A DNA stretch of 64,000 bases from Candidatus Hydrogenedentota bacterium. Lineage in GTDB: Bacteria > Hydrogenedentota > Hydrogenedentia > Hydrogenedentales > SLHB01. The DNA is taken from positions 1 to 64,000 of the forward strand of contig CAVUWV010000036.1 of NCBI GenBank assembly GCA_963745075.1. Reading direction: 5' to 3'. A model generated the notes under the pieces. That model ran no database searches and had not been told where the DNA came from. It saw nothing but the letters and a program-made list of their open reading frames with translations. The translations under genes and the position numbers were made by a program. Of this stretch, positions 1 to 10,167 are shown in pieces; position 1 is the first letter of the stretch; every line of letters begins with the position of its first letter.

Positions 1-121
1 CGGTCATTCTGTGCGCCAACGGATTCTGGAGGGGCCGTGGGTTGCGTTCGCGGTCAAAGGATGGCACGATGCTCCCCAGTAGGTTTGAACCAAGCAACCA
101 ACCAACGAGAGTATTTGACTC

Positions 122-1323
122 ATGATTACAACCGACGCGCGAACCGAAATCTTGAAACGCGGCAAAACTTCTCTGGCCTGGGAAGGCGAACCCTTGCTGG
201 GCGGCACCTACGGCGAGGAGGAGATCGAGGCGGCGGTGGCCGCCATGCGCGATTCCATAACACCGAGCAAGGGATTTGGGTTCTCAGCGCCGCCGATTCC
301 AGACTTTGAAAAGGCGTTCGCCGAATACTGCGGCACGAAACACGCCGTGACGTTGAACAGCGCGGGTCCCGGCCTCGACATGTCGATGCGATACCTCTAA
401 CCTCCAACCCGGCGATGAAGTCATCGTGCCCGCCGTAAACTTCGTCGCTTCACCCTTGGCGGTGATGGGCGCGGGAGGCCAGATCGTCTGGGGCGAAGTG
501 GACCCCGATGACGTTGCAACTCGACCCCAACGACGTCGAGAAGCGCATCACGCCGCGCACCCGCGCGATCTTTCCCGTACACATGAACGGCCTTGCCGCG
601 CCTATGGACGACTATTTCGAGATCGCCAAACGTCACCCTCATGTAAAGCATGGTCCCCTCGCCGTCATCGGCGACGCGGCCCGCGCCTGCGGCGGCTCAT
701 ATAAGGGCGAGAAGATCGGCAAGGCCGGTCTCATGACCGTGTTCTCCTTCCACACCATGAAAAACATGTGTACCCTTGGCGAAGGCGGCATGGTCACCAC
801 CGACGAAGACGACGTCGCCGCGTTTTGCCGGTCCTCCCGGTTTTACGGAATGGATACGGACGTCTGGGGCACGTCGAATGTGATGACCAAAGTCCAGGCC
901 GCCGTGGGCCTCGTGCAGTTGAGCAAGCTCGACGGATTTATCGCGTCGCGCCGCCGCCTGGCCAAACGCCGCGACGAGCTGCTCGACGGCATCGACGAAA
1001 TTACATTACCCTGCGAGCCTGAGGACTGCGAACACAGCTACTACCTGTACACCATCCTCGTGAAAAAGGACTGGCAGGGCGAGAAGCGTGACCAGATCAT
1101 GAAGATGCTCGACGAGGATCACAACATCAAATGCGTCGTGGCCAACCCGCCCGTCTACGAGAAGCGTAAGCTTCTCGCCGACCACACCAAAGGCCAGCGT
1201 CTGCCGCTTTCCGAAGAACTCGGCCGCCGCCTCTTCTGCGTCCCCATCCACCCCGCCATGAGCGACGACGACAACGAATACATCTGCGCCGCGCTGATCG
1301 ACATCATCGATAGGCTGCGGTAA
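122..1323 (+). CDS. DegT/DnrJ/EryC1/StrS-family PLP-dependent aminotransferase; two apparent frameshifts (~398, ~507)
   Basis: Consecutive frames give FEKAFAEYCGTKHAVTLNS, then PGDEVIVPAVNF, then ITPRTRAIFPVHMNG, DAARACG and FSFHTMKNMCTLGEGGMV (PLP-lysine motif). Confidence 0.88.
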
Positions 1324-1339
1324 GACCGGTGAATTTAGA

Positions 1340-1382
1340 CGCGAAAGGCGCCTCCAGCTTTTGGCCGGAGGCGCCTTTCGCG
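1340..1382. terminator. GC-rich hairpin between convergent genes, probable bidirectional terminator
   Basis: Perfect 16-bp inverted repeat CGCGAAAGGCGCCTCC / GGAGGCGCCTTTCGCG between the stops at 1323 (+) and 1414 (-). Confidence 0.7.
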
Positions 1383-1413
1383 GTTTCACGCGTATATCCT
1401 GGAAAACCTGTCT

Positions 1414-2166
1414 CTACTGCATTCGGACGCTTTCGCTAGGTTGATCGGGGGTTGAGTGCAGTTTCGGCAGGGTAATGGTAAAGACACCATCTTTGTAGTT
1501 GGTGATCATTTTGTCGTCATCGACGGGTTCGGGCAAGTTCATGCTGCGTTCGAACTGGCCCACGACCCGTTCCTGGCGCAAGACTTTGCCGTCCTTCTTC
1601 TGTGCCTGCGTATCGGTTCGCGTGCCGCTGACGGTTAAGGTCTGTCCTTCCAGCTTGACCTTGATGTCATGCGCGCTGGAACCCGGGACGTCGATTTTCA
1701 CAATGTACCGGTCCGGTTCTTCAGTGAGGTCGAAGCTCGGGCTGAACGTTGCCTCGCCGGCGATCTTTCCAAACTGCGGACTGTCCTGGAACCGTCCAAA
1801 GGCTTGGTTAAACATCTGGTCCATCTGAGCCCGCATGCGACTCATTTCCTGGAACGGATCCCAAGTCTTCGGATTGAACGGCTGCACGAATGGGTCCGGC
1901 GTACCCGGTGACAGGGTACCGGGTTGAGACGCGCTCGACTGGGACTGGTTGGCGTTGGCCTGTCCGGTGTCGTTCGGCCGCGGGATCTCAATCCAGCCTT
2001 CGTCGTTGCTCTGGGCGGCCACGGCTTTGTTTAGCTCTTTGTGCATCTGCCACATATATCCGCCCTGGATCGCGATTGCCACGACCACGGCACCCAACAC
2101 GACAAACAGCCACCGCGAGCGTTTCGGGCGTGCAGTTTCGGGTGGTTTGTTTTCCGGTTCACTCAT
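1414..2166 (-). CDS. Hsp20/alpha-crystallin small heat-shock protein with an N-terminal transmembrane helix
   Basis: Alpha-crystallin domain FDLTEEPDRYIVKIDVPG...LTVSG...ERVVGQFERSMNLP...YKDGVFTITLPK. Hydrophobic segment WLFVVLGAVVVAIAIQGGYMW follows a basic N-terminus. Confidence 0.88.
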   Translation of the reverse strand: MSEPENKPPETARPKRSRWLFVVLGAVVVAIAIQGGYMWQMHKELNKAVAAQSNDEGWIEIPRPNDTGQANANQSQSSASQPGTLSPGTPDPFVQPFNPKTWDPFQEMSRMRAQMDQMFNQAFGRFQDSPQFGKIAGEATFSPSFDLTEEPDRYIVKIDVPGSSAHDIKVKLEGQTLTVSGTRTDTQAQKKDGKVLRQERVVGQFERSMNLPEPVDDDKMITNYKDGVFTITLPKLHSTPDQPSESVRMQ

Positions 2167-2312
2167 GGGGCTTCACCTCCTTCACCACGAACGGTCACAT
2201 GAGTGGATAGCCTCGAATCAGCTATAGCCATGGAAGGAGCAACGGCTATGCCAAGTATCGGACACGAAAGACCCAAGCTTACGCCATTTCTAATCCTCAG
2301 TGCACGAGTAGC

Positions 2313-2434
2313 TTACGCCATAAAAACGCCAATCGCCCCGCCCAGGCACGTTACCACGATTCCGCAAATGAGGCAGGCCATACCGCAAATCGGAAATGGG
2401 GGTCCGGCTTGCGGTCCGTTCCGTATTGGCGCAT
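2313..2434 (-). CDS. Possible ~40-aa single-TM peptide with one apparent frameshift
   Basis: GAGGAGG RBS lies 9 nt before the ATG at 2434 (MRQYGTDRKPDPHFRFAV). A shifted frame continues MACLICGIVVTCLGGAIGVFMA-stop. Confidence 0.35.
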
Positions 2435-2449
2435 GAGCGTTTGCCTCCT

Positions 2450-4759
2450 CTATTCCGTCGGTGCTTCGATATACCCGCAGTACCGGCCCATCCAGTAGGG
2501 GAGCAGCCAAAAGACGCCGCTGCTTTCAAGGGTGCCGTCGGGGTCGGAGAAGTCGCCCGAAATGACGGCCCAGGGGTTCTTGTCCCACCGCATGACACCG
2601 CGTTCGCTCGCAGGTAGCATGCGGCTGGTCTGGAGGGGCTCCTGCATGGGACTGCGGACGAGGTCAATGTCGTCGCGAAAGGAGTTGTCGATCTCCCACT
2701 GGATAAGGTCGAGGGGCTGATCGCGAAGAAACTCGACGCTTTCGTTTAGATGAAAGTCCTCACCGCCGAGCAAGCCGAAGGTGAAATTGAACCACGGGTC
2801 TTGATCGTTGTCGACCATGCGGTAGGACCACGTAATGCCTTCCAGGTACAGGGCGCGAAGTTCGGGATCGGTTTCGTACCGCATGAGCGCAGGCGCACAC
2901 TCCATCAGGATCCCATCGTCGATGTGACTCCACTCGGAGCGGTTGGGCGCTTTCGGACGCCGCGCGATCTCCTTGAAGTTGTACGTGTCCAGCCACTTCT
3001 TGTAGAGCCGCTGATATTTTGAATCGCCAGTCATGTGATAGGTCAGTTTGAGGAACGAGAGCATCTCAAAGACGTTGATCTTGCCCTCGACCCACCAGTC
3101 CGGATCGTTGTGCAACACCTCGGGCGTCCAGACGCCCCAGCGCGTATGCTTGCCGTCGAACGGATCGGTAAGCGTGAAGTTGTGGCGGATGACGTGGTCC
3201 ACAATCTTCTGCACGTGTTTTGAGACGCGCTCTTTCTGCGCATCGTTCGCGGCGTATTCATAGTAGAAGAAGTATCCCGCCATGTGCCCCACGATCTCAT
3301 CCGAACTGGTGTCGCCTTTCCAGTACCACTTCCCGTCCGACGATGTGCGCCACCGTTTCTCGACGGGTTTCCACCGGGGATCTTGAACGAGATGGTCGGC
3401 GATCTCTTCTTCCGTGAACGCCTGATTCATGTCGGCCATGGACTCCCACGTCGTCGGCACCACCGTGCGCGCAAAGAAGCCGTCCGATTCCGTAACCGTC
3501 TGCAAGAATTCGAGCGCCTCGTAGGCATGGTCGGCGTTGGCCTTGGCCCGCGGATCGTCGGTGACCGCATAGCGAAGCGATTCGGTCGCGAGATACAGGC
3601 TTGTATATTCGCCATCGTTGTCATCGTCCATGGGTTCCCAGGTGCTGCGGTCATCAGGGTCCGGATACCGGCACTTTTCGACGAAGCCCGGCGGGCGCAC
3701 GTGACGCTCTTCGAGGCGTTTGCGGAAATACTCCGACTTGTCCGCGAGCGTCATGGTGCGGCGTTTGATGGCGCTCACGCCTTTGTTCGTCCCGATCCAG
3801 GCCGTGCCCTCGCTGTCGAAGGCGATGGACCGCACGTCGTCGCTCAGGAGCCAGCGGCGGCTGTGCCGGAGCGACCAGTTGCTCCCGTTATTGCGCGCGA
3901 TCCATTCCGGCGAAACGTTGTAACGGGAGACGCCCTTCGTCGTGCCGGCCCAGAGCGTATCGTCCGGGGCGAAGGACATACAGGTCACGTTCCACCAGGG
4001 GAGACCGTCTTTGCCGATGATCTGGTCGACGCAGACGTCATTCTCCAACACGCTGATGCCGCCCCAACTGCCAACCCAGAGCCGGCCGTCCGGGGCGAAC
4101 GCGATCCCGTTTACGGCGGCCGAGTACAACTCGTTGGGTTGAAAGAATCGCCGCAGGCCTGCATCGCTCAACTTGTACAACCCCATGTAGGTCGCGATCC
4201 ACAGGTTGCCGTCCGGCCCGGTGGTCACATCGCGAAGGTTGCGTGACCAGTTGCCCGTTAACACAGTCCACGTGCCGTCCTTCAACGTCCAGGATCCGTT
4301 GGGTCCCATCGCAACGACACCGTCCGGGCCCGGACCCACGATGGACACGGGGCCCTTCACCACTGGCTGTTTGACCGCGATGCCATTTGTGACGGCATAC
4401 AGTCCATCCCACGCCGCGACCCAAACCACCGGCTCCGCCGCTGTGGTGTCCACGTACGCGTCATACGTCTTGCTGTCCGTTACGCCTTCCTGACGAGACC
4501 ATGTCCCGTCGCGCAACACCCACAGGCCTCCCCCCGTCGCCGCCCAAACCGCGTCCGACGGATCTACCGCAACCGCCCGCACATCATCGCCCGCCCCACC
4601 CGGTTGGATGGGGTACGGCTCGTGATACTCCTGGATGAACGGTGTATCAGGGACGGGCGTGATGGCGTGGGCGAATAAAGCGACGTGGAGGGATAAGGGC
4701 AAGACAAGAAGTAAGCGAATGGTCTGCACTTGGGGTTCGCCTTCAGGGATTACGAGCAT
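2450..4759 (-). CDS. Secreted protein: two-component-regulator-type beta-propeller plus a C-terminal helical, glycosidase-like domain of unknown function
   Basis: Signal-like N-terminus and repeated propeller blades (GPDGNLWIAT, FAPDGRLWVGS, FDSEGTAWIGT). Acidic/aromatic C-terminal domain (DDDNDGEYT, WKGDTSSDE). Confidence 0.65.
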   Translation of the reverse strand: MLVIPEGEPQVQTIRLLLVLPLSLHVALFAHAITPVPDTPFIQEYHEPYPIQPGGAGDDVRAVAVDPSDAVWAATGGGLWVLRDGTWSRQEGVTDSKTYDAYVDTTAAEPVVWVAAWDGLYAVTNGIAVKQPVVKGPVSIVGPGPDGVVAMGPNGSWTLKDGTWTVLTGNWSRNLRDVTTGPDGNLWIATYMGLYKLSDAGLRRFFQPNELYSAAVNGIAFAPDGRLWVGSWGGISVLENDVCVDQIIGKDGLPWWNVTCMSFAPDDTLWAGTTKGVSRYNVSPEWIARNNGSNWSLRHSRRWLLSDDVRSIAFDSEGTAWIGTNKGVSAIKRRTMTLADKSEYFRKRLEERHVRPPGFVEKCRYPDPDDRSTWEPMDDDNDGEYTSLYLATESLRYAVTDDPRAKANADHAYEALEFLQTVTESDGFFARTVVPTTWESMADMNQAFTEEEIADHLVQDPRWKPVEKRWRTSSDGKWYWKGDTSSDEIVGHMAGYFFYYEYAANDAQKERVSKHVQKIVDHVIRHNFTLTDPFDGKHTRWGVWTPEVLHNDPDWWVEGKINVFEMLSFLKLTYHMTGDSKYQRLYKKWLDTYNFKEIARRPKAPNRSEWSHIDDGILMECAPALMRYETDPELRALYLEGITWSYRMVDNDQDPWFNFTFGLLGGEDFHLNESVEFLRDQPLDLIQWEIDNSFRDDIDLVRSPMQEPLQTSRMLPASERGVMRWDKNPWAVISGDFSDPDGTLESSGVFWLLPYWMGRYCGYIEAPTE

Positions 4760-4874
4760 ACGTAAGCAGCGGGCATTATACTGGCCGAACTGAACTTGGA
4801 GAAATGCGACGTGCGGAATCCAGAATCGCGTCAGATGTTGCGTTCACGACACCAGAACGGTGCCAATCATTCTG

Positions 4875-4903
4875 TTGACAACCTGTAGCCTACAGGCTAC
4901 AAT
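4875..4903 (+). promoter_or_regulatory. Sigma70 promoter of the TA operon with an overlapping palindromic operator
   Basis: TTGACA (4875-4880), a 17-bp spacer, then TACAAT (4898-4903). Palindrome TGTAGCC-TACA-GGCTACA at 4884-4901. Confidence 0.8.
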
Positions 4904-4909
4904 TGGATT

Positions 4910-5200
4910 GTGATCGAGTTGCGGAAGACGGACGTTTACGCCAAATGGCTGGATGGGTTGCGCGATATCCGCGCGCGGGCCCGAATATTGGTCAGGGTAG
5001 AGCGCTTGGTAGCGGGTAACCCAGGTGACGTGAAGCCGGTCGGTGAAGGCATTTCGGAGTTGCGTATTGACTACGGGCCGGGGTATCGCGTGTATTTCAC
5101 GAGACGCGGACAGGAATTGATCATTCTATTGGCTGGTGGAGAAAAGAGTACGCAATCGCGAGATATCAGAACCGCGGCGCAGTTGGCGCGCAACCTATAG
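4910..5200 (+). CDS. Type II TA toxin, RelE/ParE superfamily (HigB-like addiction-module killer protein)
   Basis: 96 aa with WLDGLRDIRARARILVRVERL..GNPGDVKPVGEGISELRIDYGPGYRVYF..LLAGGEKSTQSRDI. Toxin-first gene order. Confidence 0.92.
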   Translation: MIELRKTDVYAKWLDGLRDIRARARILVRVERLVAGNPGDVKPVGEGISELRIDYGPGYRVYFTRRGQELIILLAGGEKSTQSRDIRTAAQLARNL

Positions 5201-5209
5201 GAACATTGC

Positions 5210-5521
5210 ATGGCTAAGACTAAGACGACCCGGTACGACGTTGCCGAACACCTTCGTACACCGGAAGACATGGCAGCATATCTTGAGGCCAGTATCGATG
5301 AAGCGGATGGAGATGCTGCATTTGTTGCCAAGGCACTGGGCGACATTGCCCGCGCAAAGGGTATGTCCCAAGTGGCACGCGATACGGGTCTGTCCCGTGA
5401 AAGTCTGTACAAAGCACTTTCCGGAGAGCGTACGCCTGGTTTTGACACTATTCTCAAGGTGGTTGCGGCGTTGGGCCTGAAACTGCACGCGGAAGCCGAC
5501 AGTGTGAAGGAGTCCGTATAG
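5210..5521 (+). CDS. Addiction-module antidote protein (HTH antitoxin)
   Basis: YDVAEHLRTPEDMAAYLEA...ALGDIARAKGMSQVARDTGLSRESLYKALSGERTPGFDTILKV; directly downstream of the toxin. Confidence 0.92.
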   Translation: MAKTKTTRYDVAEHLRTPEDMAAYLEASIDEADGDAAFVAKALGDIARAKGMSQVARDTGLSRESLYKALSGERTPGFDTILKVVAALGLKLHAEADSVKESV

Positions 5522-5578
5522 GATTCCTGCTAACGCCGAGACCACCGGCAATTGGCGGGACGTTCACGAGGCAGCAAT

Positions 5579-6041
5579 ATGAAGATTCTGCAACTTCCAA
5601 TCACGACGTTCGTCGAATATATCCTCGCGGCGATGTTCACATTCCTGTATATTTTCGGCTCCACAGCACCCAAGCACGAAGAGATCCTTGGGCTCGTGTT
5701 CTTCACTGTCTTTCTAAGCATTGGCGCTTTGTTCGTCTCCCTCACTGCCCCCCACCCGATTTTAAGCCCCCATAGTCTTCGCGGCATTGTGCTTTCTTGG
5801 TTGGGCTGGATGCTGTTGGATGCTTCACCGGGAGTACGGATATGCCGTGACGGACATTCCGGCGTTCTGGTACGGAATCCACGCTGCAGCGGCCGCGTAT
5901 TTCGCTCTCCTGGGAATCAACGTTCTTCTGGCAGGCTTGTTCCAACGGGCGCTGCGGGGACGACCACCCGAATTAAGGAACCTTCCCGCTGCGACGGAAC
6001 AATTGCTGCGTAAGGGTCTTCGCGATACCTACGACGTATAA
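5579..6041 (+). CDS. Hypothetical multi-pass membrane protein, probably frameshifted near 5790
   Basis: Hydrophobic helices in two consecutive overlapping frames (5579- and 5787-6041). Confidence 0.4.
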
Positions 6042-6279
6042 GACTACTCGCCTGGCGTGCAGGCCAGGCGCTACGAGCACCATGCAAGCCAATAGACCGG
6101 TTCTCCCACATTGGCGAAGACAAGGACCTACGGTTGCGCCTCGTGACGTGAAGATGGGGGCGTTCAACGCAAGACCTTCCGTGCTGTTTCTCGCTTGGCG
6201 GCGATATGAATGTGGAGAACTCCTGTCCTCAATCCTCGCACTTGTGCGTCTTGATGGGTGAAAGGAACAATTAACACCC

Positions 6280-9200
6280 ATGCAATGGAAATCGCTCTTA
6301 ACCGACCGTCAGATTGTCGCGCGAGTCTTGGCCGGGCGCACGAACGACTTCGAAATCCTCGTTCAACGGCATTTGCCTATGGCGCAGGCAGTTGCGTACG
6401 CGCAGCTTGGACAGCGGCCCGATGCCGAAGACGTGGTGCAGGAAGGTTTTGTAAAGGCGTACACCGGCCTGGATGGACTCCAGCAGCCAGAACGCTTTCG
6501 ATCTTGGCTCGCCACCATCGTTCGCAATCTTGCCATGACCGTTTTGCGAAAGGAAGCGCGGGACGCAAAGGCGTCGCCCGCACTCGCCCAAACGGAAACG
6601 CCACATCCAGCCGCTGAAATCGAGCGGCGCGATCTACTTTCCGTGCTCGAAGGCGAAATCAACCAGTTGGATGAGCCGTACCGTGAAGTGCTGTTGATGC
6701 ATTACTTCAGCGGGATGAAGGTACGTGAAGTGGCCGATGCGCTCGACATTTCCAAGGAAGTGGCCGCCAAGCGACTGCAGCGGGGCCGACATGCTTTGAG
6801 CGAGCGTGTGCTTGGCGTATTGGATACGGCCGCCACCGCAGAGCAGCCCAATCGGAGCGCGCGAACGAAGACGATCATGGGGCTCGTGGCCGCGACGCCA
6901 GAGGCGTGGCGAAGCGCCGCAGCCGGCGCCGGTGTGGCGACCGCAGTTACTTCTTTCGGCCTGAAGACGGCCATTGTCTTGGTTGTCCTGGCATCGACGA
7001 TCACTGGTGTGTACCTGCTCCACCGCTCCAACCCGGTCGCTCTGTCCGAACCGGTAGTACCAAGCACGGAGCCTGGTACTCAATCCGCGCCGAGTATTCC
7101 ATCGGATCAGGGGACACTATCCGCTATTTCGGTTGCCCCTTCATCATCGCAAAAGGAAGCCAACGCGCGTCCGACGGGAATCGGCGTTATCTCAGGCGCA
7201 GTGCTGCAACCGGACGGAGCACCTGTTGATGGTGCTTCGATTCGTGTCGAAATCGTGGACTGGTCCGATTCTGGAGGGAATCCGGTTCACTACCGGTATG
7301 AAAACGCCGCCGATGCGAACGGCCGATTCCGCATCGAGAACCTTCCGTTGGAGCGCGCCTGGATCACCGCCGGCGTTCCGGGACGGTTAGCCGGGGTGCG
7401 CGTCGTCGGGCTTACGGATGATTTTCCGGAATGGTTTGTCTGGCTTGAAACGGAACCGGCGGCCCGGATTGCTGGACGAGTCGTTGACCGATCGGGACAG
7501 CCCGTCGCCGAGGCGAGGGTAACGCCATGCGCGTGGAACAGCGATGATCTTTCCGGGTGGAATGAACAAGCATTGGAAACCCCTGAAACGTCGGACGCGA
7601 ATGGGCGGTTTGCCTTTGAATTGCTGAGGCCCGGCACGTGGGCCTTCGAAGTTACCGCGCCGGAATACGCGCCATGCATCAGTGACCAGATTCCAGCCGG
7701 AACGACTGACGCCGAAATCGTTTTAGCTTCCGGCGGTTCACTCAGTGGCATGGCCGTTGCAGCGGACTCGGACCAGCCCGTTGCCGACGGAACTGTGCGT
7801 CTATACCCGGCGGATCGCTTTCTCAATAAAGTTCGCGCGGAAATAGCGGCGGATGGAACGTTCCGATTTGACCACCTTACCCCGGGGAAATACGCATTGA
7901 CATACGTTGGCGCCACGGATGCGACCCCCGGCACTGGGTACTACCTGTCGGAAAGACTGGCTCCAGTCGATGTCCGTGGTGAGCGGGACACCCCTTTTCA
8001 GCAGTTGATTCTGGAACCCGGGGCCGCCGTTTCGGGCGTTGTCACGGGAGCGGACGGTTTGCCTTGTTCCGATTGCACGGTTGCTGGATCAAAGGACAAT
8101 CACTCCACGAAGGTTCAGACGGACAAGAATGGCCGATACCGCATTGCGGGGCTCGCGCCGGGCGATTGCGTTGTAACCGTATATCCGCGATATCCCGCTT
8201 CCGAACAGAGCGTGGTGCTTGAAGCAGGTAAGTCACGCGAAAACCTGGACTTTCAGTATCCCCAAGGGGTGGCAACAATTACCGGTGTTGTGACCGACAA
8301 CGGTGGAAGCCCATTGCCCGGGGTCGAGGTCACCGCTCTGGACCAGTATTGGAGCTGGGATTTGGCCAAAGCGACCACTGGCAACGACGGTACCTTCCGC
8401 ATCGAAAATGTACCACCGTCCGACATGCTGTGGTTGCGCGCGAAGAAGCCTGGATGGGTCGGGCAAGATATCATGACGCGCTTGACGGAGCGAGGGATTG
8501 ACGGTGTCACCATGACCATGGCGCAGCCGGCGACGATCCTCGGCAAGGTGGTGGACGACGCAGGCATGCCTGTCGAGAATGTGACGATGTGGCATCGCGG
8601 CGTGGACATCAGCGTCTATACCGCGACGTCCTCGAAAACAACAAAAGGCGGCCGCTTCGCCTTCGCTGGACTCGTTCCCGGCGACTATCGTCTTCTCGCC
8701 GAACCGGAGGGCTCGGCTGAAGTGGAATTGGGGCACGTCCAGGTCAAACCGGGAGAAGTGCGGGATGATGTGACGCTCGTTCTTCCGGCGACCTCAGGTT
8801 TGGAAATTGCCGGAACAGTTGTCGACGCGAGCCACAATCCGATTGCCGGGGCGTTCCTGAACATCTACTCTCTCACTGGATCCCACGACACACTCCATAC
8901 GAGAACCGACCGCTTTGGTCGTTTTGTATTTGCCGGGCTCCAGGAAAGCGCCTATCGGTTACTCGCCTGGAGATACGGGTATGGCACCACGGAATTGAAG
9001 CAAGTTGAGGCGGGCCAGCAGGATTTAGAAGTACAACTGGTCGTCACCGGCTCGATTGAAGGAAGGGTTCTCTCAACAGGATCGGCCGATCCCGTGACGA
9101 AGTTTTACGTGAATGCACTCGACGGCGACCGAACGATGATAGGAACGGATGACAAGCGGCAGGCGACACTTGTATCGAATGATTCGGGTGCATACTCCTT

Positions 9201-10152
9201 GACGAACGTTGACGCGGGCACCCATACCGTCGCGGCTTGGGCCGAAGGATTCGCACCGGCCTATCAACAAGTAGAAGTCTTGCCAGGGCAGACGGTCCAA
9301 AACGTGGTCTTGTGGCTTGCACCTGAACGTCCCCCCGGTCACCATGACGCAATCAGGACTACGATTCGCGGCCGGGTTGTCGACAACGCCGGTAAACCCG
9401 TCGAGAACGCGTCACTGTTCCTCGATGATCTACCGTCAGTATCCGAACGGATCGGGCTTACCGTTGCCCGGACCGACGCCGACGGTCAGTTCGTTATTGA
9501 AGACGTACCCCAGGACACGCGGCTGATTGTGGCAACCGGGGAAGGCTACGGACCCGGCGGTACTGAGTTCACCGGTTCGTTGTCTGGTCTCACGATTGCG
9601 TTGCCTGACGGCGGAACCATCAATGGGACGGTCTGTGAAGACGGGGAGCCGATTGCCGGGGAGTTCGTTGTCGCGAGTTTCAACACACGCGGATACGAAG
9701 TTGATGAGAGCGCACACACCGATGTTACCGGAGCGTACACTATTGATGGGATCCCAGAAGGACCGGCGACGGTCTATGTGTGGAGGACTGTCGAAGGAAC
9801 CCAGCGGAAATATTTCCGCGACGTTGTGGTCAATCCGGGACATCCCGCGACGGCGGATATTGACTTTCGCTCCGGTTCGTCGGCAATCGCCGGAGTATTG
9901 CTCGTGGATGGTTCGCCCGTACGTGGCCGATTGCAGATGCAGCTTACAACGAAAGATGGTAGCACGAGTTACGTCGACGCCTTTGCAAACAACCAAGGCG
10001 CGTTTCGGTTGGCTCAGCTTCCACCGTCGACGATTCAGGTCGAAGCAACCACGCAGATTGACGATGTGGTCTACAAGGCAAATGAAACGCTCGGTTTGAC
10101 GGACGGCGAGCTTGTGACCTTAGAGCTAAATCTGGTTCCGTCCACTGAGTAG
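6280..10152 (+). CDS. ECF sigma-70 factor fused via a TM helix to ~1000 aa of carboxypeptidase-regulatory-like (CnaB/Ig-like) repeats
   Basis: Region 2 DAEDVVQEGFVKAY..FRSWLATIVRN and region 4 LDEPYREVLLMHYFSGMKVREVADAL. TM TAIVLVVLASTITGVYLL, then repeated units of type ISGxVxxxxGxPVxGAxV...TDxxGxF. Confidence 0.9.
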   Translation: MQWKSLLTDRQIVARVLAGRTNDFEILVQRHLPMAQAVAYAQLGQRPDAEDVVQEGFVKAYTGLDGLQQPERFRSWLATIVRNLAMTVLRKEARDAKASPALAQTETPHPAAEIERRDLLSVLEGEINQLDEPYREVLLMHYFSGMKVREVADALDISKEVAAKRLQRGRHALSERVLGVLDTAATAEQPNRSARTKTIMGLVAATPEAWRSAAAGAGVATAVTSFGLKTAIVLVVLASTITGVYLLHRSNPVALSEPVVPSTEPGTQSAPSIPSDQGTLSAISVAPSSSQKEANARPTGIGVISGAVLQPDGAPVDGASIRVEIVDWSDSGGNPVHYRYENAADANGRFRIENLPLERAWITAGVPGRLAGVRVVGLTDDFPEWFVWLETEPAARIAGRVVDRSGQPVAEARVTPCAWNSDDLSGWNEQALETPETSDANGRFAFELLRPGTWAFEVTAPEYAPCISDQIPAGTTDAEIVLASGGSLSGMAVAADSDQPVADGTVRLYPADRFLNKVRAEIAADGTFRFDHLTPGKYALTYVGATDATPGTGYYLSERLAPVDVRGERDTPFQQLILEPGAAVSGVVTGADGLPCSDCTVAGSKDNHSTKVQTDKNGRYRIAGLAPGDCVVTVYPRYPASEQSVVLEAGKSRENLDFQYPQGVATITGVVTDNGGSPLPGVEVTALDQYWSWDLAKATTGNDGTFRIENVPPSDMLWLRAKKPGWVGQDIMTRLTERGIDGVTMTMAQPATILGKVVDDAGMPVENVTMWHRGVDISVYTATSSKTTKGGRFAFAGLVPGDYRLLAEPEGSAEVELGHVQVKPGEVRDDVTLVLPATSGLEIAGTVVDASHNPIAGAFLNIYSLTGSHDTLHTRTDRFGRFVFAGLQESAYRLLAWRYGYGTTELKQVEAGQQDLEVQLVVTGSIEGRVLSTGSADPVTKFYVNALDGDRTMIGTDDKRQATLVSNDSGAYSLTNVDAGTHTVAAWAEGFAPAYQQVEVLPGQTVQNVVLWLAPERPPGHHDAIRTTIRGRVVDNAGKPVENASLFLDDLPSVSERIGLTVARTDADGQFVIEDVPQDTRLIVATGEGYGPGGTEFTGSLSGLTIALPDGGTINGTVCEDGEPIAGEFVVASFNTRGYEVDESAHTDVTGAYTIDGIPEGPATVYVWRTVEGTQRKYFRDVVVNPGHPATADIDFRSGSSAIAGVLLVDGSPVRGRLQMQLTTKDGSTSYVDAFANNQGAFRLAQLPPSTIQVEATTQIDDVVYKANETLGLTDGELVTLELNLVPSTE

Positions 10153-10167
10153 AAGGTCGCCGGGTGT

